From positions 13,456,001-13,516,000 of the forward strand of contig NC_087245.1 in the NCBI RefSeq assembly GCF_037042905.1: 60,000 nt of DNA, given 5' to 3'. Numbering within the stretch: the first letter of the stretch is position 1; every line of letters begins with the position of its first letter. A program made the position numbers and the translations under genes. This DNA comes from Lytechinus pictus. Lineage: Eukaryota. The notes beneath the pieces were generated by a model, which was not told the DNA's origin, did no database searches, and worked only from the letters and a program-made list of their open reading frames with translations. This document shows, in pieces, positions 13,201 to 25,229 of this stretch.

Positions 13201-15339
13201 CTGTACAGGTACATATTATGTTAACATGAAAAGACATGAAAATATGAGGCATGTGTTTGTCTCAACTGTTTCCTCACACTGGGTTCAAATAAATTCAATT
13301 TGTTGTCATCAAATATGTATTGCTTTAAAATTTCTGACTGAAAACAAGAAAAATGATTAGGCAGTTATGTTTGTAAACTTGGCAAATTATATCTGCCAAT
13401 AATCATTTCAGCAAAGAATGGGTGTCCCATTAAGGTTTACAATCAAACATGATGGATGATAAATTGCAATTTTTCGAGGATGTGTGTCTTGTAACTTGGC
13501 AAAAAACAAAAGAGAACAAGATGGCGACGTAAACATCGCAACAATTTTCCCCGTCTTTTCAAGATATTTTTTCTTTTTTAAAATGAATTCTTTGTTTAAA
13601 AATGGAATCAACATCGTATAAATGTCAGAAATGAAGATGTATCCCATTTACATGATTTAGGACTAGCCGGCCGCACTTAGGGCGCCATATTTTGAGGTGT
13701 TGTTGTTGTATTTTTCATGCTTTTTATCAATTTTTTTATTGTAGAATTGACATCAGGGAAATAAATGGCTGCCGACATCGGCTCACTAAAGTGCCATTTT
13801 TTCGCGATGACATGCATTAAAAATCCATGATCAGGAAAACCGTGAAAAATCCACCTTTTTGGACCCCTTGTTTTTTTAACTACCATGTTAAGAAGTAGCG
13901 ATGGTGATATTTTTGACGTGAGATATGGTGATTTAGGTAAGAAAATTTCACTTTTTATTCGAGATTTTGCCCATGTTGCCGGAGGATTTTGTAGTGTGGG
14001 AGTGAGTTAGTGAATGTGTATTAATAGTAGTAGTATATATACATGTCTAGAGTGTGTCGGTGATTTCAGTGGTGTATTGCTGAGTCTGCGTGCACCGACG
14101 CAGTTACTCTAGGTGAGTTGGCCTGAAATTTTCTTTCTATATTTTGAGTGAACAATGTAGTTAAACTTAGTGACATCTTCACATTTTCTGGCAGCCAAGT
14201 TGATTGTCTTGAAATTGAATGAATGATGTGACATGACCGACATGTTTTCTCAGAGGCTCATAGTCCAAAAATGCCTATTTTTATTAGCCACTACAGTACA
14301 TTGCCCACACAGTAGAGCAATATGCATGATTTTATGGAGTATTTAAGCCTTAAAAACTTAGGCCCTAGAATGCTTTTTAGAATTTAGTACGGTAGAACTA
14401 GAACTAGAAGTAGAATAGAAATGCATTTTTTTTTGGTAATAAAACTCAACTGGAATTTTTTATTTTTATTTGGTGAGTTTTACAATATTTTAATCTTAAG
14501 TAATGATGTTTCATATTTTCCACAAATTAGAGTAAGATGATTTGTTCAAATATCAAAATTGACAAAGCTTTTTATCGTTTGAAAACAAAGTGCGTAGCAT
14601 TAACCTAGCCAGGTCCCCCATCCCTAGGCCTACTGTATATTGCACGAATGGGACTACAATACAAATCAATCTCAAAAGAAGCCAGGCGCACGCGAGATTT
14701 CACGCCAATATTATATTCAAAATAACATACAATGTAAAGGAGACACAAGCTAAATAAATCGAGCTGTACACATCTCAAAAAATACCATAAAAATGAAAAA
14801 CTAACCTGTCTTTCAGCAAGTTTATTATCTATTTGTTTCGGAGCCTAAGAGCGTCAAATCCGATGATAGTTTGCCATTGATTTTCTTGTCACTTTCTTCA
14901 CAATTTTTTCGAGCTTGCAAATTTCAAGATTTGTGTTTTTTAAACAGCGCCATCTACATGAAAGAGCAAGATATTCTCGCTTCATTTCTTCTGGAGCTGC
15001 AGTAAGAATGGGGTTAGGTCAAAATATTATTTTATTATTTTTTTTCTATATGTTTAGCTTGTTGATTAAGAATTTTCATGGTGGGTTGATCTTGAAATAA
15101 AATTTATTCCCAATTTTCATTGACCTTAAAAGATAAAAAAAAGAAAATAATTTTTACCCTGACGTTTTACCGATTTTCTTGTATCAATTTTGCAATTTAA
15201 AGTTCATGCATTATAATTATCGAAAGGAGTCGTTTTCGCATAAGAAAATGTCGACACAAGTTTTTAATTAATCATTATAATTATGGATTCCATGGGTTTA
15301 GTTTGGTTTGAGAATTAATAGACAAATAGAAGTCAAGTA

Positions 15340-18300
15340 GTATATTTTGAGGATATCAATTGATATTCTACGCGTCTTTTATGTGGAGTACTCCAAGACT
15401 CAGTTCTGGGTCCGATGTTTATTTTCTAATTTATATCAATGATCTCTCCAACAGTTAATCTTTTTTCAAATCTGTACTTACCAAGTATATACAGTATACC
15501 ATGTATATATACAGCTCATGGCTTAGAGTAAAAATTGAAAATGTACCGTAATGATTTGATTCAAGCAAGCTATCTATATAAGGTATACCCCCCCAAAAAA
15601 AAAACAAAAAAAAACCCACTTATTATCATCAAGTAACAAAGATATGCGAGTGACTTGTTGATTCAAATTAATTTAAAGAGTAACTGCTCAAGATTTGTCT
15701 TGCAATAGCCAAAATCCTTTCCGAAAGTAAAAATATTGTTATTCAATTTCAATTTCAATTTATTTCATTTTCAACAGAACAAAGTAATGTGGTCGAAATA
15801 ATTACAATGAACTTACACAGACAAAATAAATTGAGGCATGTAAAATATATGATATTTATCTATAAGTAAAAGTAAAACAAAACAGAGTATAGAAAAATAT
15901 CATATACATTATAAAATAAATTCGGAGAAAATGGAGGGATCTACTAAAAAGCAGTGCTTGTATTGTGTGGACCCCTCTAAATAGTTATTTTAGAATTGCC
16001 TATATACAGTGCGTCCCAAAAAAACTACACTTTTGAAATGGCTGCCAAATAAAAAATGTAGCAATTTGGGGGAAAAGACTTATAGATATGGAAAGCCGAT
16101 AAAGTCAACTTTCAAATGACACAAAAAAGTTGGAAAACTATTCATGCTTGAGCGAGCACTGCCTACTGAAACAAAGGGTATGAAAATTAGGGTGGGCCGG
16201 AATTAGCCTTCCAATTTCTTTCAGGTTTTTGTGTTTGGTACTTGCAAAGTTGAGGGTTATTATTTTGGTGACTTAAAGATCAGATGTGATCAGTTTGTTG
16301 TTTGTGAAAATTTAATGCGTTATTAAATTGAAATTTAATGCATGAGTGATCATGATTTGCAAATTTTAGTGCAGCATTTTGTCTTTATCATGTGGATCTC
16401 AACAATGTGTTCATGAGAGTCAGGAGAAGATGGGGGGGGGGGGGGGGTAATATGACTGAAGTACGTTGATGGGATAAAGGTCAACAGAACATTTAGCAAC
16501 CCCTCCCTCTATCTCTACCCCTCCCTCCACTTCTCTCCTCCTGAGAGACTAAGCTTGGCTAGGCTGTACAAGAACAACCTTACAGTTTTTTTGAGAGGTT
16601 AGTCCTTTGGAACTTACAAAGCAAAGGGTGTTATGCTATTTATGAGTGAGATAAGTTATGGTTTCTTAGGCAAATTTCATGAGTTACTAAATTGAAATGT
16701 AATGCATGAGTGAACAGGAATTGTAATTTTAGTGTAGCATATTCATCTTGTGGACCTCAGAAGTGTGTTCGTGAGAGTCAGAGTAATGTGATGGTACCTG
16801 TTACAAGCAAGAGGGCGAAATATGCTAAGACTTGGTTAAAAGGGCATTCCTCTTCTTTTTGTCCTTTTACAAATTAAAAGTCATATGTACCCTCCTCTCT
16901 CCACCTCCCAGCCCCCCTCTCTCTCTCTGTCTCACTTCCTTGATTGTAGCCTATTTAAAACTTAACTGCCAAGTGACCGGTGGCTGATGGTCATTTTTTT
17001 TTTATTGAATGATTACCAAGAAATTTAATTATTATGATGATTAATGAAGTAATTTATTGAAAAAAAAACTGAATGTTTGATTGATCACATTGCCCATTGA
17101 ATGAGTTGAGTTACTGATAAATTGTTGATTAAATGATTGATACGAAAAACTTGATGCCCAAATTCAGAATTAATCATTAAATCAACATTCTGCTCTGGAC
17201 TTCACGCGTACATGACAATAGCCATCAGTCTCTCAACAGGAGGGGAGGGCGGGAAAGAGGGAGGGGACGGGGGCTTAATGTTCTGTTGACCCTTATTCCA
17301 TCAACCTACTTCTGACTTCTCCCACTTAAGTCCTATCTCATCCCATATTCTCCCGACTCCCATGAACACATTGCTGAGATCCACATGATAAAGTTGAAAT
17401 GCTGCCCCAAAAGTGTAATTTATGTTCACTCATGCATTAAAGTTCAATTTAATAATTAAAAAAAAATTGCTTAAGCAACCAAAACTGGTCACGGTTGATC
17501 TTTAATTTATCACAACGCCCTTAACTTTGCAAGTTCGAAAGGATTTGCCTCTCAAAAACTGACATAAATTGGAAGGCTAATTCCAGCCCACCCTAATTTT
17601 CATACCCTTTGTTTCAGTGGGCAGTGCTCACTCAAGCATGAATAGTTTTCAAACTTTTTGGTGTCATTCGAAAGTTGACTTTATTGGCTTTCCATATATG
17701 TAAGTCTTTTTTCCCAAAGTGCTACTTTTTTATTTGGCAGCCATTTCAAAAGTGTATAGTTTTTTGGGGACGCAATGTATATACGAAGACGGACACGGAG
17801 GTGACAAAACTTGCAGGCGTAAACTATATTACATTATTTCTTACCTAGGAACATTTCTATATATTTTGTCACATATAAGTTCAATCTGAAGTCATGGAAA
17901 TATTATCTGGGGAAATGATTACATACTCATAAACTTCTAGAAGTACAAAAGATGGTAATTAGATATTTTATTTCCATGCCCTATCGAATCCTTTAACTAT
18001 CTCAAATTGAAAGTACTGGCTAGCTGTGTTTAGATATGTTGAAGCATCAAAATCTGAAATATAAGTGTTAATAACATTTAAGAAATAGATTTAAAATTGG
18101 AATAGAATCAGAAGGTTTTTTATTAAAATATACGGATAACTTTGTTTCATCAAGCATGTCGCTCATCTTATTTATAATGCACTTTATAAAGAAATCTTTT
18201 TGGAACCAGTAATGTTAATGGTTATGAAGGAAACTACACGGATATCTGTAAATACCGAATCCCTATCTCTGTTCCTTTGCATAATGATGCTACCTGTAAT

Positions 18301-18430
18301 TTGTTCTTCATCATGACTTATTTCAAATCTAGTAGATTTACCATATTTTCTGTAGTATGAATTTTGATGTATCATTTATATAAAAAATATGTCAATTAAA
18401 AAAACACCTTAATTCCAATTTTCGACACGT
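15340..18430 (+). mobile_element. Highly decayed LINE RT fragment, interrupted by later insertions
   Basis: 15381-15450 reads CGVLQDSVLGPMF...YINDL; 17890-17965 reads HGNIIWGN...KLLEVQKMVIR. Confidence 0.55.
16007..17777. mobile_element. Tc1/mariner-like non-autonomous element with ~540-bp inverted arms
   Basis: TA|CAGTGCGTCCC ... GGGACGCAATG|TA; arms 16007-16550 and 17230-17777 are reverse complements. Confidence 0.85.
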
Positions 18431-19924
18431 CCTTGTATTAAGTTTTATTTTCTAAGTGTTGCAGTGACGCAAATCCCATTTGATCACTTTTTATTTGTAC
18501 GCGAAATCATTAACATTTTATGCTTCTATTACCTGATTTTCTTTAATGTGGTATTTTTATACATAATATGTGTTTTTTTAATCGAATAGAATAAATAAGT
18601 GCATAAATCTGGAATCCTTATTTGATTGCTCCTCTGATGATGTTTCGAGAATGCGCCCTCTGTTTTTCAATCAAAGTAAAGCGTATACATAGTACGTCAT
18701 AGTACAATCATGATAGATATTGGAGTGATACTCACGGAATATACTAAGTAGTCCGTAGGCCTATATCAATGATACATGTACCATACATGTACAGTACATA
18801 TTCATGTCCGATTTTATTCACAATTATATTTCATAAAATGACATATCTTTATTAACCCAAGGTATGTTTTTATAAGAAATTGATTATTGAAAATATAACA
18901 ACGTAATCAACAAACAAAATTAAAATGAGCGATATTCTGAAAGTTCTAAGTCTGTTTTGTTATGGGCGTAAGTTAATGTCCCCTTTTCCTGAATTGTGTA
19001 AGTAAAAACATTGTTTCAAACAAATGGTTTGCTATTCCCAAGCCTTTTTTTTTTTTTGGGGGGGGGGTCATGTTATAGGTCATATTTCAATGCGTATACA
19101 AATGATCTGTAACGTGTATTTAAAAGAAGACGTTGAAATAAACGGAGATAATAATTATGACACTCAATGGCGAAACGCAGTATGATATCTAATCACACAC
19201 GTGCAGAATTTCACAGGATGATAAAAGCAGTCATGATATTCTTATCAATATATCTATTAGTTATTCAAACGAAAGGAGGGGGATATTGAAGATGTGCATG
19301 TGGTGAAGGAGGGCGATCCAGGCTTACATGAAGTGAAAAGGACTTATACATTTGGACATCTATTTTCAAGAGGTGACCAATGTCTCGAATTCATCGCTTA
19401 TTCTTTACAGATGCAATATTTAATATCAATAGGATTAAGTGGCATAATGAGTTGTATTATGAGCTATTTTCATTTCCTTTCCTTCTTATTTCTCCTTTCT
19501 GTCCCTTCTTATTCCTTCAGTGGTCGATATTAATGGGAGAGGGGGGAAATTGGGCCCCAAGCCCCCTCCCTCCATCTGTACGCCAGTGATATGATTGACG
19601 AAGTTCATATTAATTCAACACTGAAGAGTTTGTGTTAACTCGTAAGCTTACATTTTCCCTAACTAGTAAAATCACGGTTCATATAGCTTCCCCCTTTTTG
19701 TAGGAGGGGTCGAGTATGCAGAAAGTAGATCATCATGGTGCAGGTGCATGTCACAAACTCAGATCTTAAGGGAAAAAATAAGGGGTCACAAAATGCTTAA
19801 AATCAGCCCGAAATTCAAGATCATCATACCTATGACATTATTGTGAACATTTTTTTTTTTTTGGGGGGGGGGTTATATCCCCATCCCACCCATAGGCCTA
19901 CCGCTGGCTGAAGTAGATAGGCCT

Positions 19925-19934
19925 ACACGTCATC
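19925..19934 (+). promoter_or_regulatory. Conserved bZIP-type motif in lysozyme A promoter
   Basis: ACACGTCATC is identical to the motif upstream of paralogue B, at an equivalent distance from the ATG. Confidence 0.4.
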
Positions 19935-20003
19935 ATGGCTTGATAACACTTATGATTATGCAGATAATAATGATTGTCATAGTTCAATTGCTTGCGAACA
20001 AAG

Positions 20004-22068
20004 ATGTTGCTTTTTTGTCTTCTGCTCCATCTTTATTTCCTGTTGGTGTCGGGTGGTTATCCCGGTAAGTGTTTAAGAGTTGTTTTTAACTGAGAAGAGA
20101 GCAAACAAAAAAACAATATGTGACGTGAGAATTTTTTTCTCTCTCTCTCTCTCATTCTCTTATGTCGATTCGTACTTATCATTCTCTCCTTTTTCTGGAC
20201 TTTGAGTGGATTCACAATTAAATGTTCTAAAAAAAACTTTGATTTATTATTGGGACGTAATTAGCATTAATAGTGATGCTGAATGATAAAATGATGCAGA
20301 CACGCTGAAAACTAGAAAAATAAATGCTGAATATTATGATAGGAAAACATTTTGTTTGCATTCGACATTTTTATAAAATTTGAAGCAGATTGTTGGAAGG
20401 ACTGAAGAAGAAGAAGAAGAAGGAAGAGAAGAAGAAGATAATCTCGATCACTTCGCTTTCACTTTATAGGGAGTCGTTTATAAACTAACTCGATTCATTC
20501 TTCTTCACCTCCCATAGTACCAGACGATTGTTTGGCCTGCATCTGTAAAGTTGAATCTGGTTGTAAGATGCCAAACCCGGTCTGTCGAGATGATGTAGGC
20601 TCTTTATCCTGTGGTCCTTATCAAATCAAGGAAGCATACTGGTTGGATGCTACACTGTATGGTGGATCACTCATGGGATGTGAGTTCATAAGGAAAAATC
20701 GAAGAAGCATAATTCCGACAGAATCGGATGTAAAATGAATGTTTTGCATATTGTCATAAAGCACTTACGTGCCCATTGGTCACTGATGGTTGATAATGAG
20801 AGAGACGATGATGTCGCATACTTGTTTAAAATGTAGGCTATACTTTTTTCATTTGTGACGATGTAACAAAAAAGAATAATGATATATTACAATAACACAA
20901 TTCCGCTTACATGGATGAATTAATCCGTGTATCCCATTATGATAAATAAATAATGCGAGGGCAAGCAACTTAAACATTTTTTATATATTTATATTCAGAC
21001 CTGAAAAGCAAAAGCTCAGTGCAATTGTGATGAAGATGCCTATCCAAGTAAACAGTATTAATCCGAGCGTGAAGCGAGAGCTGAAATTTGTAATGTACTG
21101 AACTGGTTTGGACTGTTTGCAGTGACTCATGAGAAACTAGATATCTCACCAACCAAATGATGCAAGCGCGAAGCGCGAGCCAAAAATGCTTGATATCCTG
21201 ACCTGAAAATAATTATGCACTTTTCGTACCAATTATTAGGAAAGGGTAACTGAATGAACAAATAATGCGAGCGCGTAGCCCGAGCTGATTTTTTTAATAA
21301 TAAAAATTGACAATTCATAAGGACGTTTTTTAATAAAGGACAACAAATATATCCAATAAACAATTTTAACAAATCCGAAGCGCGGGCTTTTCTTTTTAGG
21401 GTTAGACCTAAAAACGGGACATTCTTATCACTTTGTAATCATGACAAGATGCCAGCAAGCTGAAAATAATCCAATCTGAAAAACGGATATCATTTTAAGC
21501 ACACTTTTAAATAAAGAACGAGCTGTGTATTTCAATGATCAAACTAATGCGAGTATGAAAATCGAGTTGATCATGTTAACTACTGTTAATTTATTTATTT
21601 ACTTATTTATTTAATTCAGTTTATTTATATTTTTTGCTGTTAGCAAGCGGCGGGGTTCCGAGGAACCCAGGGACCCCCCTTGTTATGGGACTGCTCTGTT
21701 TTTTATTTTGCCCTCTAGCTGATGTGAATATAAGGAATCACTACCTCTACGTGTGTATGTATATCATGTATAATATGTTTGTGTATATTATGCTTAACAA
21801 CAAATCAAAACTTGAGTTTATCGTTTGATTTTAAACAGCGTGGAAAGAGTGTACTGCTGACTGGGTATGCAGCGAGGAAGCCGTACAGGGCTATATGAAA
21901 CGCTACGCCACAGAACAGCGACTTGGATTTGCACCAGGATGTGAGCAGTTTTCACGGATCCATAACGGCGGTCCTAACGGTTACAAGTACTCCAGCACAG
22001 ACGCCCACTGGAACAAAGTGTATGACTGCATGCAGAGTAGTGTTTATATTGAACCTTGCTTGGAGTAA
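20004..22068 (+). CDS. Invertebrate-type (i-type, destabilase family) lysozyme, paralogue A; 3 coding exons join(20004..20064,20518..20679,21839..22068), 150 aa
   Basis: Exon 1 is a signal peptide MLLFCLLLHLYFLLVSGGYP followed by G|GTAAGT. Exon 2 follows cccatAG and reads VPDDCLACICKVESGCKMPNPVCRDDVGSLSCGPYQIKEAYWLDATLYGGSLMG then T|GTGAGT. Exon 3 follows aaacAG and reads SWKECTADWVCSEEAVQGYMKRYATEQRLGFAPGCEQFSRIHNGGPNGYKYSSTDAHWNKVYDCMQSSVYIEPCLE*. Both introns are phase 1 GT-AG. The i-type motifs CLxCICxVES, DVGSLSCGPYQIK, YMxRYA and RIHNGGP are present, as are the muramidase Glu (VES) and Asp (DVG). AATAAA at 22099-22104. Confidence 0.95.
20950..21570 (+). repeat. GCGCGAAGCGCG-core dispersed repeat in lysozyme A intron 2
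   Basis: Same family occurs at ~23500-23820(-), 31090-32640, 41645-42153, 46550-47500, 50950-51400 and 52930-53230. Confidence 0.7.
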
Positions 22069-22081
22069 AAAAAAGTATTGA

Positions 22082-23480
22082 AACCAGGTCAAAGGGAGAA
22101 TAAATTCAAACAAAAATATTTCAGTTCTCACCTTTTAAAATGACGTGTAGGTCCTATTGTTAATCATCATCGCGCTAATCTTTATTTCAATCAATCAAAA
22201 TAGTCATTATTTTATCATTATTATTCTTCACTATTTAAAAAATATTGGGAGGGATTTGTCATTTTACTATTTAGAATAATTGTAATACAAAATTTAATTA
22301 TATAAATAATTTTCAGGCATGATAGCTTGATGAGGTATCCACTTACAAATAAAAGCACGCCATCTGAGTCGAGTCTGGCGGCAATATCATTCAAATTTGT
22401 TGTGCTTCTTTTTTATTCATTCTTCTTTTCACTTATAATAACACTTATCGTTTTTATTTGTCATGTCCTTCTGCTAACCGTCATTTCAGCATTTTATTTC
22501 AAGTGATCACGTGATTTATAAATTCCTGTAATAAGATTAAGATAGAAAGAAAAGGATTAAATCCTTACACAGTTTGTTGGCATGTGGTGGAATGAAGGGA
22601 GGATGATCATTCTTGTTGCACCAATAGTGACGTAATATTGGTTCAAAGGTGATACGTATGAGCATTTCTCAAACTGTGTCATCAATGGGGATTGATGCGG
22701 CAGTATAGCATGGCTGTATGAAGCGAGGGGCGGGGGACGAAACCAAAAGTTCATTAAACTGTAAAGAGAAAGATGGTTTGCTTTTTCTTTTACATATTAA
22801 TGTTACTAATTTCAGACCCGCAAACGAAAACCCCGTTTACATAAATTGTCTTATCGTAAACGTATAACATCGGAAGAGGATATCGAGATAGGAGGAGATG
22901 ATTTACACGCACACACTTTGGGCGATAAAATGTTGGCGCATCATTAAAACCACTTATGGTATGATCTATTCAAAATGAATGTGTGGACGTATTCCTCTAC
23001 ATCTGATAGCAGTGAATATGTCAAAACAGGAAAAAACGAGGTACAGAATGGGTGCAGGACACACCGGTTGGAAGACAACACTGTCCCTTTCTTGCAAAAA
23101 AAATATAAAAAATCGATGCATCATCTAAAAGAGGAAACATAGTTTATTCTATTTTTTTGTAAGTAATATGGTCCTTTAAAAATAATTATTGAAAAGGACA
23201 CTCTTTTCCAACACATTAAAGATAAAATATAGATTTACATGAATAGTACTATTCTAGTCCAATTTGATTAAACTGTGGTCAATGTAAAAATATGATATTA
23301 CGAGATTACTAAATGAAACTACTGCCGAGATCGATGCAGAGCATGACCAAAAATTCTACAAACACTGGCCTTCTAACCCTTTCTGCCTAGCATTTTGGTC
23401 ATCTTTATACTCCAACAAAAGGTTTATTTGTATGAAAAGATCAGACAAGGATAACAAACTAATACTGAAAATTTGATTAA
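22082..23480 (+). repeat. 3' flank of the lysozyme segmental duplication (copy A; paralogous to ~53889-55263)
   Basis: Colinear, highly similar non-coding sequence downstream of both lysozyme genes, e.g. 22460-22660 vs 54218-54420 nearly identical. Confidence 0.9.
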
Positions 23481-25229
23481 AAAATCGACATAAAATTTTC
23501 AAAAGTTATTTCAGCTCGCACTTCGCGCTGGCTTTATTTGATTATTGAATATGTATCGCTTTATGGCTAACAACAAACAGTCCTCAACAGGTCCCTTTTC
23601 GATCACTTATATACGGATTTTGTTAAGGATCACAAACATTGCCCAGAATGTTCGTTTTTTAGGTCAAGATACATGAAATTTTCAAAAAATTAGATCGCGC
23701 TTCGCGCTCGCACTATTTAGATATGGCTTATGAGATTACTATGTTTTATAAGAATAAAGCAAAGAAGTGACTGTTTTTTTCGCCCCCCCCCCTTAATGGC
23801 GAAAGCTGGATCCGCCCCTGATTTTAGTCCTATTTCAGCACCCCCAGCCAAAAAATCGTTTCCAGGGCCCTGAGTAAGTCACTAAACTGGTCCAATAATA
23901 TTGTTACACTGCTGATAAAGCACAACAAAGGCTTTATTTTGTAAGGATCTAGAAAAAGCTTTATGTGTAAGACAGAATCATTGTTCTTTTTACGAGTCCA
24001 TCATCCAGAGTGTTCTGATAAATAATATTTTGTGTTATTTTGCCAATGCAACAAAATGTGCATTGAAGAACCTTAATCAACCCAGATAAATAGTCCAACG
24101 CTTGTTAGGGTTAGACTTGCCATCCATCGATTATCTCTACCAAAATAGAGAGAGAGAGAGAGGGGGGAGAAGGGGGGAGAGAGAGTCGTTTTTAAACTAA
24201 CACAGATTATGCAGGACCCCATTCACCCACCCTACAGAACTTTACTTTCAACCGTTCAGGAATTCGTCCATGTGCACCACGCACATTGAAAACCCGTTTC
24301 AGGCAATAATTCGTCTCGAACGCCATCCATCACTGTGTCTCGCCAGTAATTAGTTCCCTCGTCTTTTTGAACTCATTGTTTAATAATTATTTTTATAGAT
24401 AAATTCTAATCATATGAATATATTTATTAGCGGTTCAATTCTGATAACAGAATCACCATACTATGCACACTCCTTTAATATCATTACACTTGCACATGCA
24501 TACCAGCTTTCATTCCAGTTCTTGTGTATTGTATGTACATGTATTTACGTGAATCATGTATACTTGGGTTAAAAAATATATATATGTTGACATATGTTAT
24601 CATCATTGTTTGTTCTTTTGTTTTGTGTATATACATTGTATATCTACATGTATGTAAACCAGTGAAAAAGAACATTCCTTTATGGACAATGAAATTATTC
24701 TAATCTATTCTATCTAAATAAAATAATAACACATAAAACATTAATAATAACCATTTTTACCAGGTATAAATACAATTAAGTTTATACAAAATAATTACAC
24801 ATTATAATCAAATGCAAATATAAAAACATGCAAAATACCTTCTGTATAAATGCACATATTTATGAAATAGTCCCTATATAACGACAATGCACTCTCTCTC
24901 ACACATACACACACACACACCCACACACCACTGCAAACATGCTCTGCATCCCCCACACATACCCTTCCCAACACCCGTCACATATGTTACAAAGCACACA
25001 TGCATATTTCAGGTAGAAAATCATATAAAGGAACAGTGCAGACAAAAAATGCAAACTAAGGCGAGATACCCCCACAAACCTCACCCCTTTGTCTTTCATG
25101 TCCTTATATCAAATAATGCCCTTTAGATACTTGCAGTAGTAATACATGTTGCTGTTGAATTAGGTGTGAACTCTAGCATGAATCCCCTCTGAACATAAAA
25201 TAAATTATTTCCAGATTCGTTTTTTCCTT

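Noticed and set aside
20532..20738. ORF-track start at TTG and run-on past 20679 (likewise 49203-49436)
   Set aside because: These are internal exon 2 sequences read into intron 2; the true boundaries are set by the splice sites.
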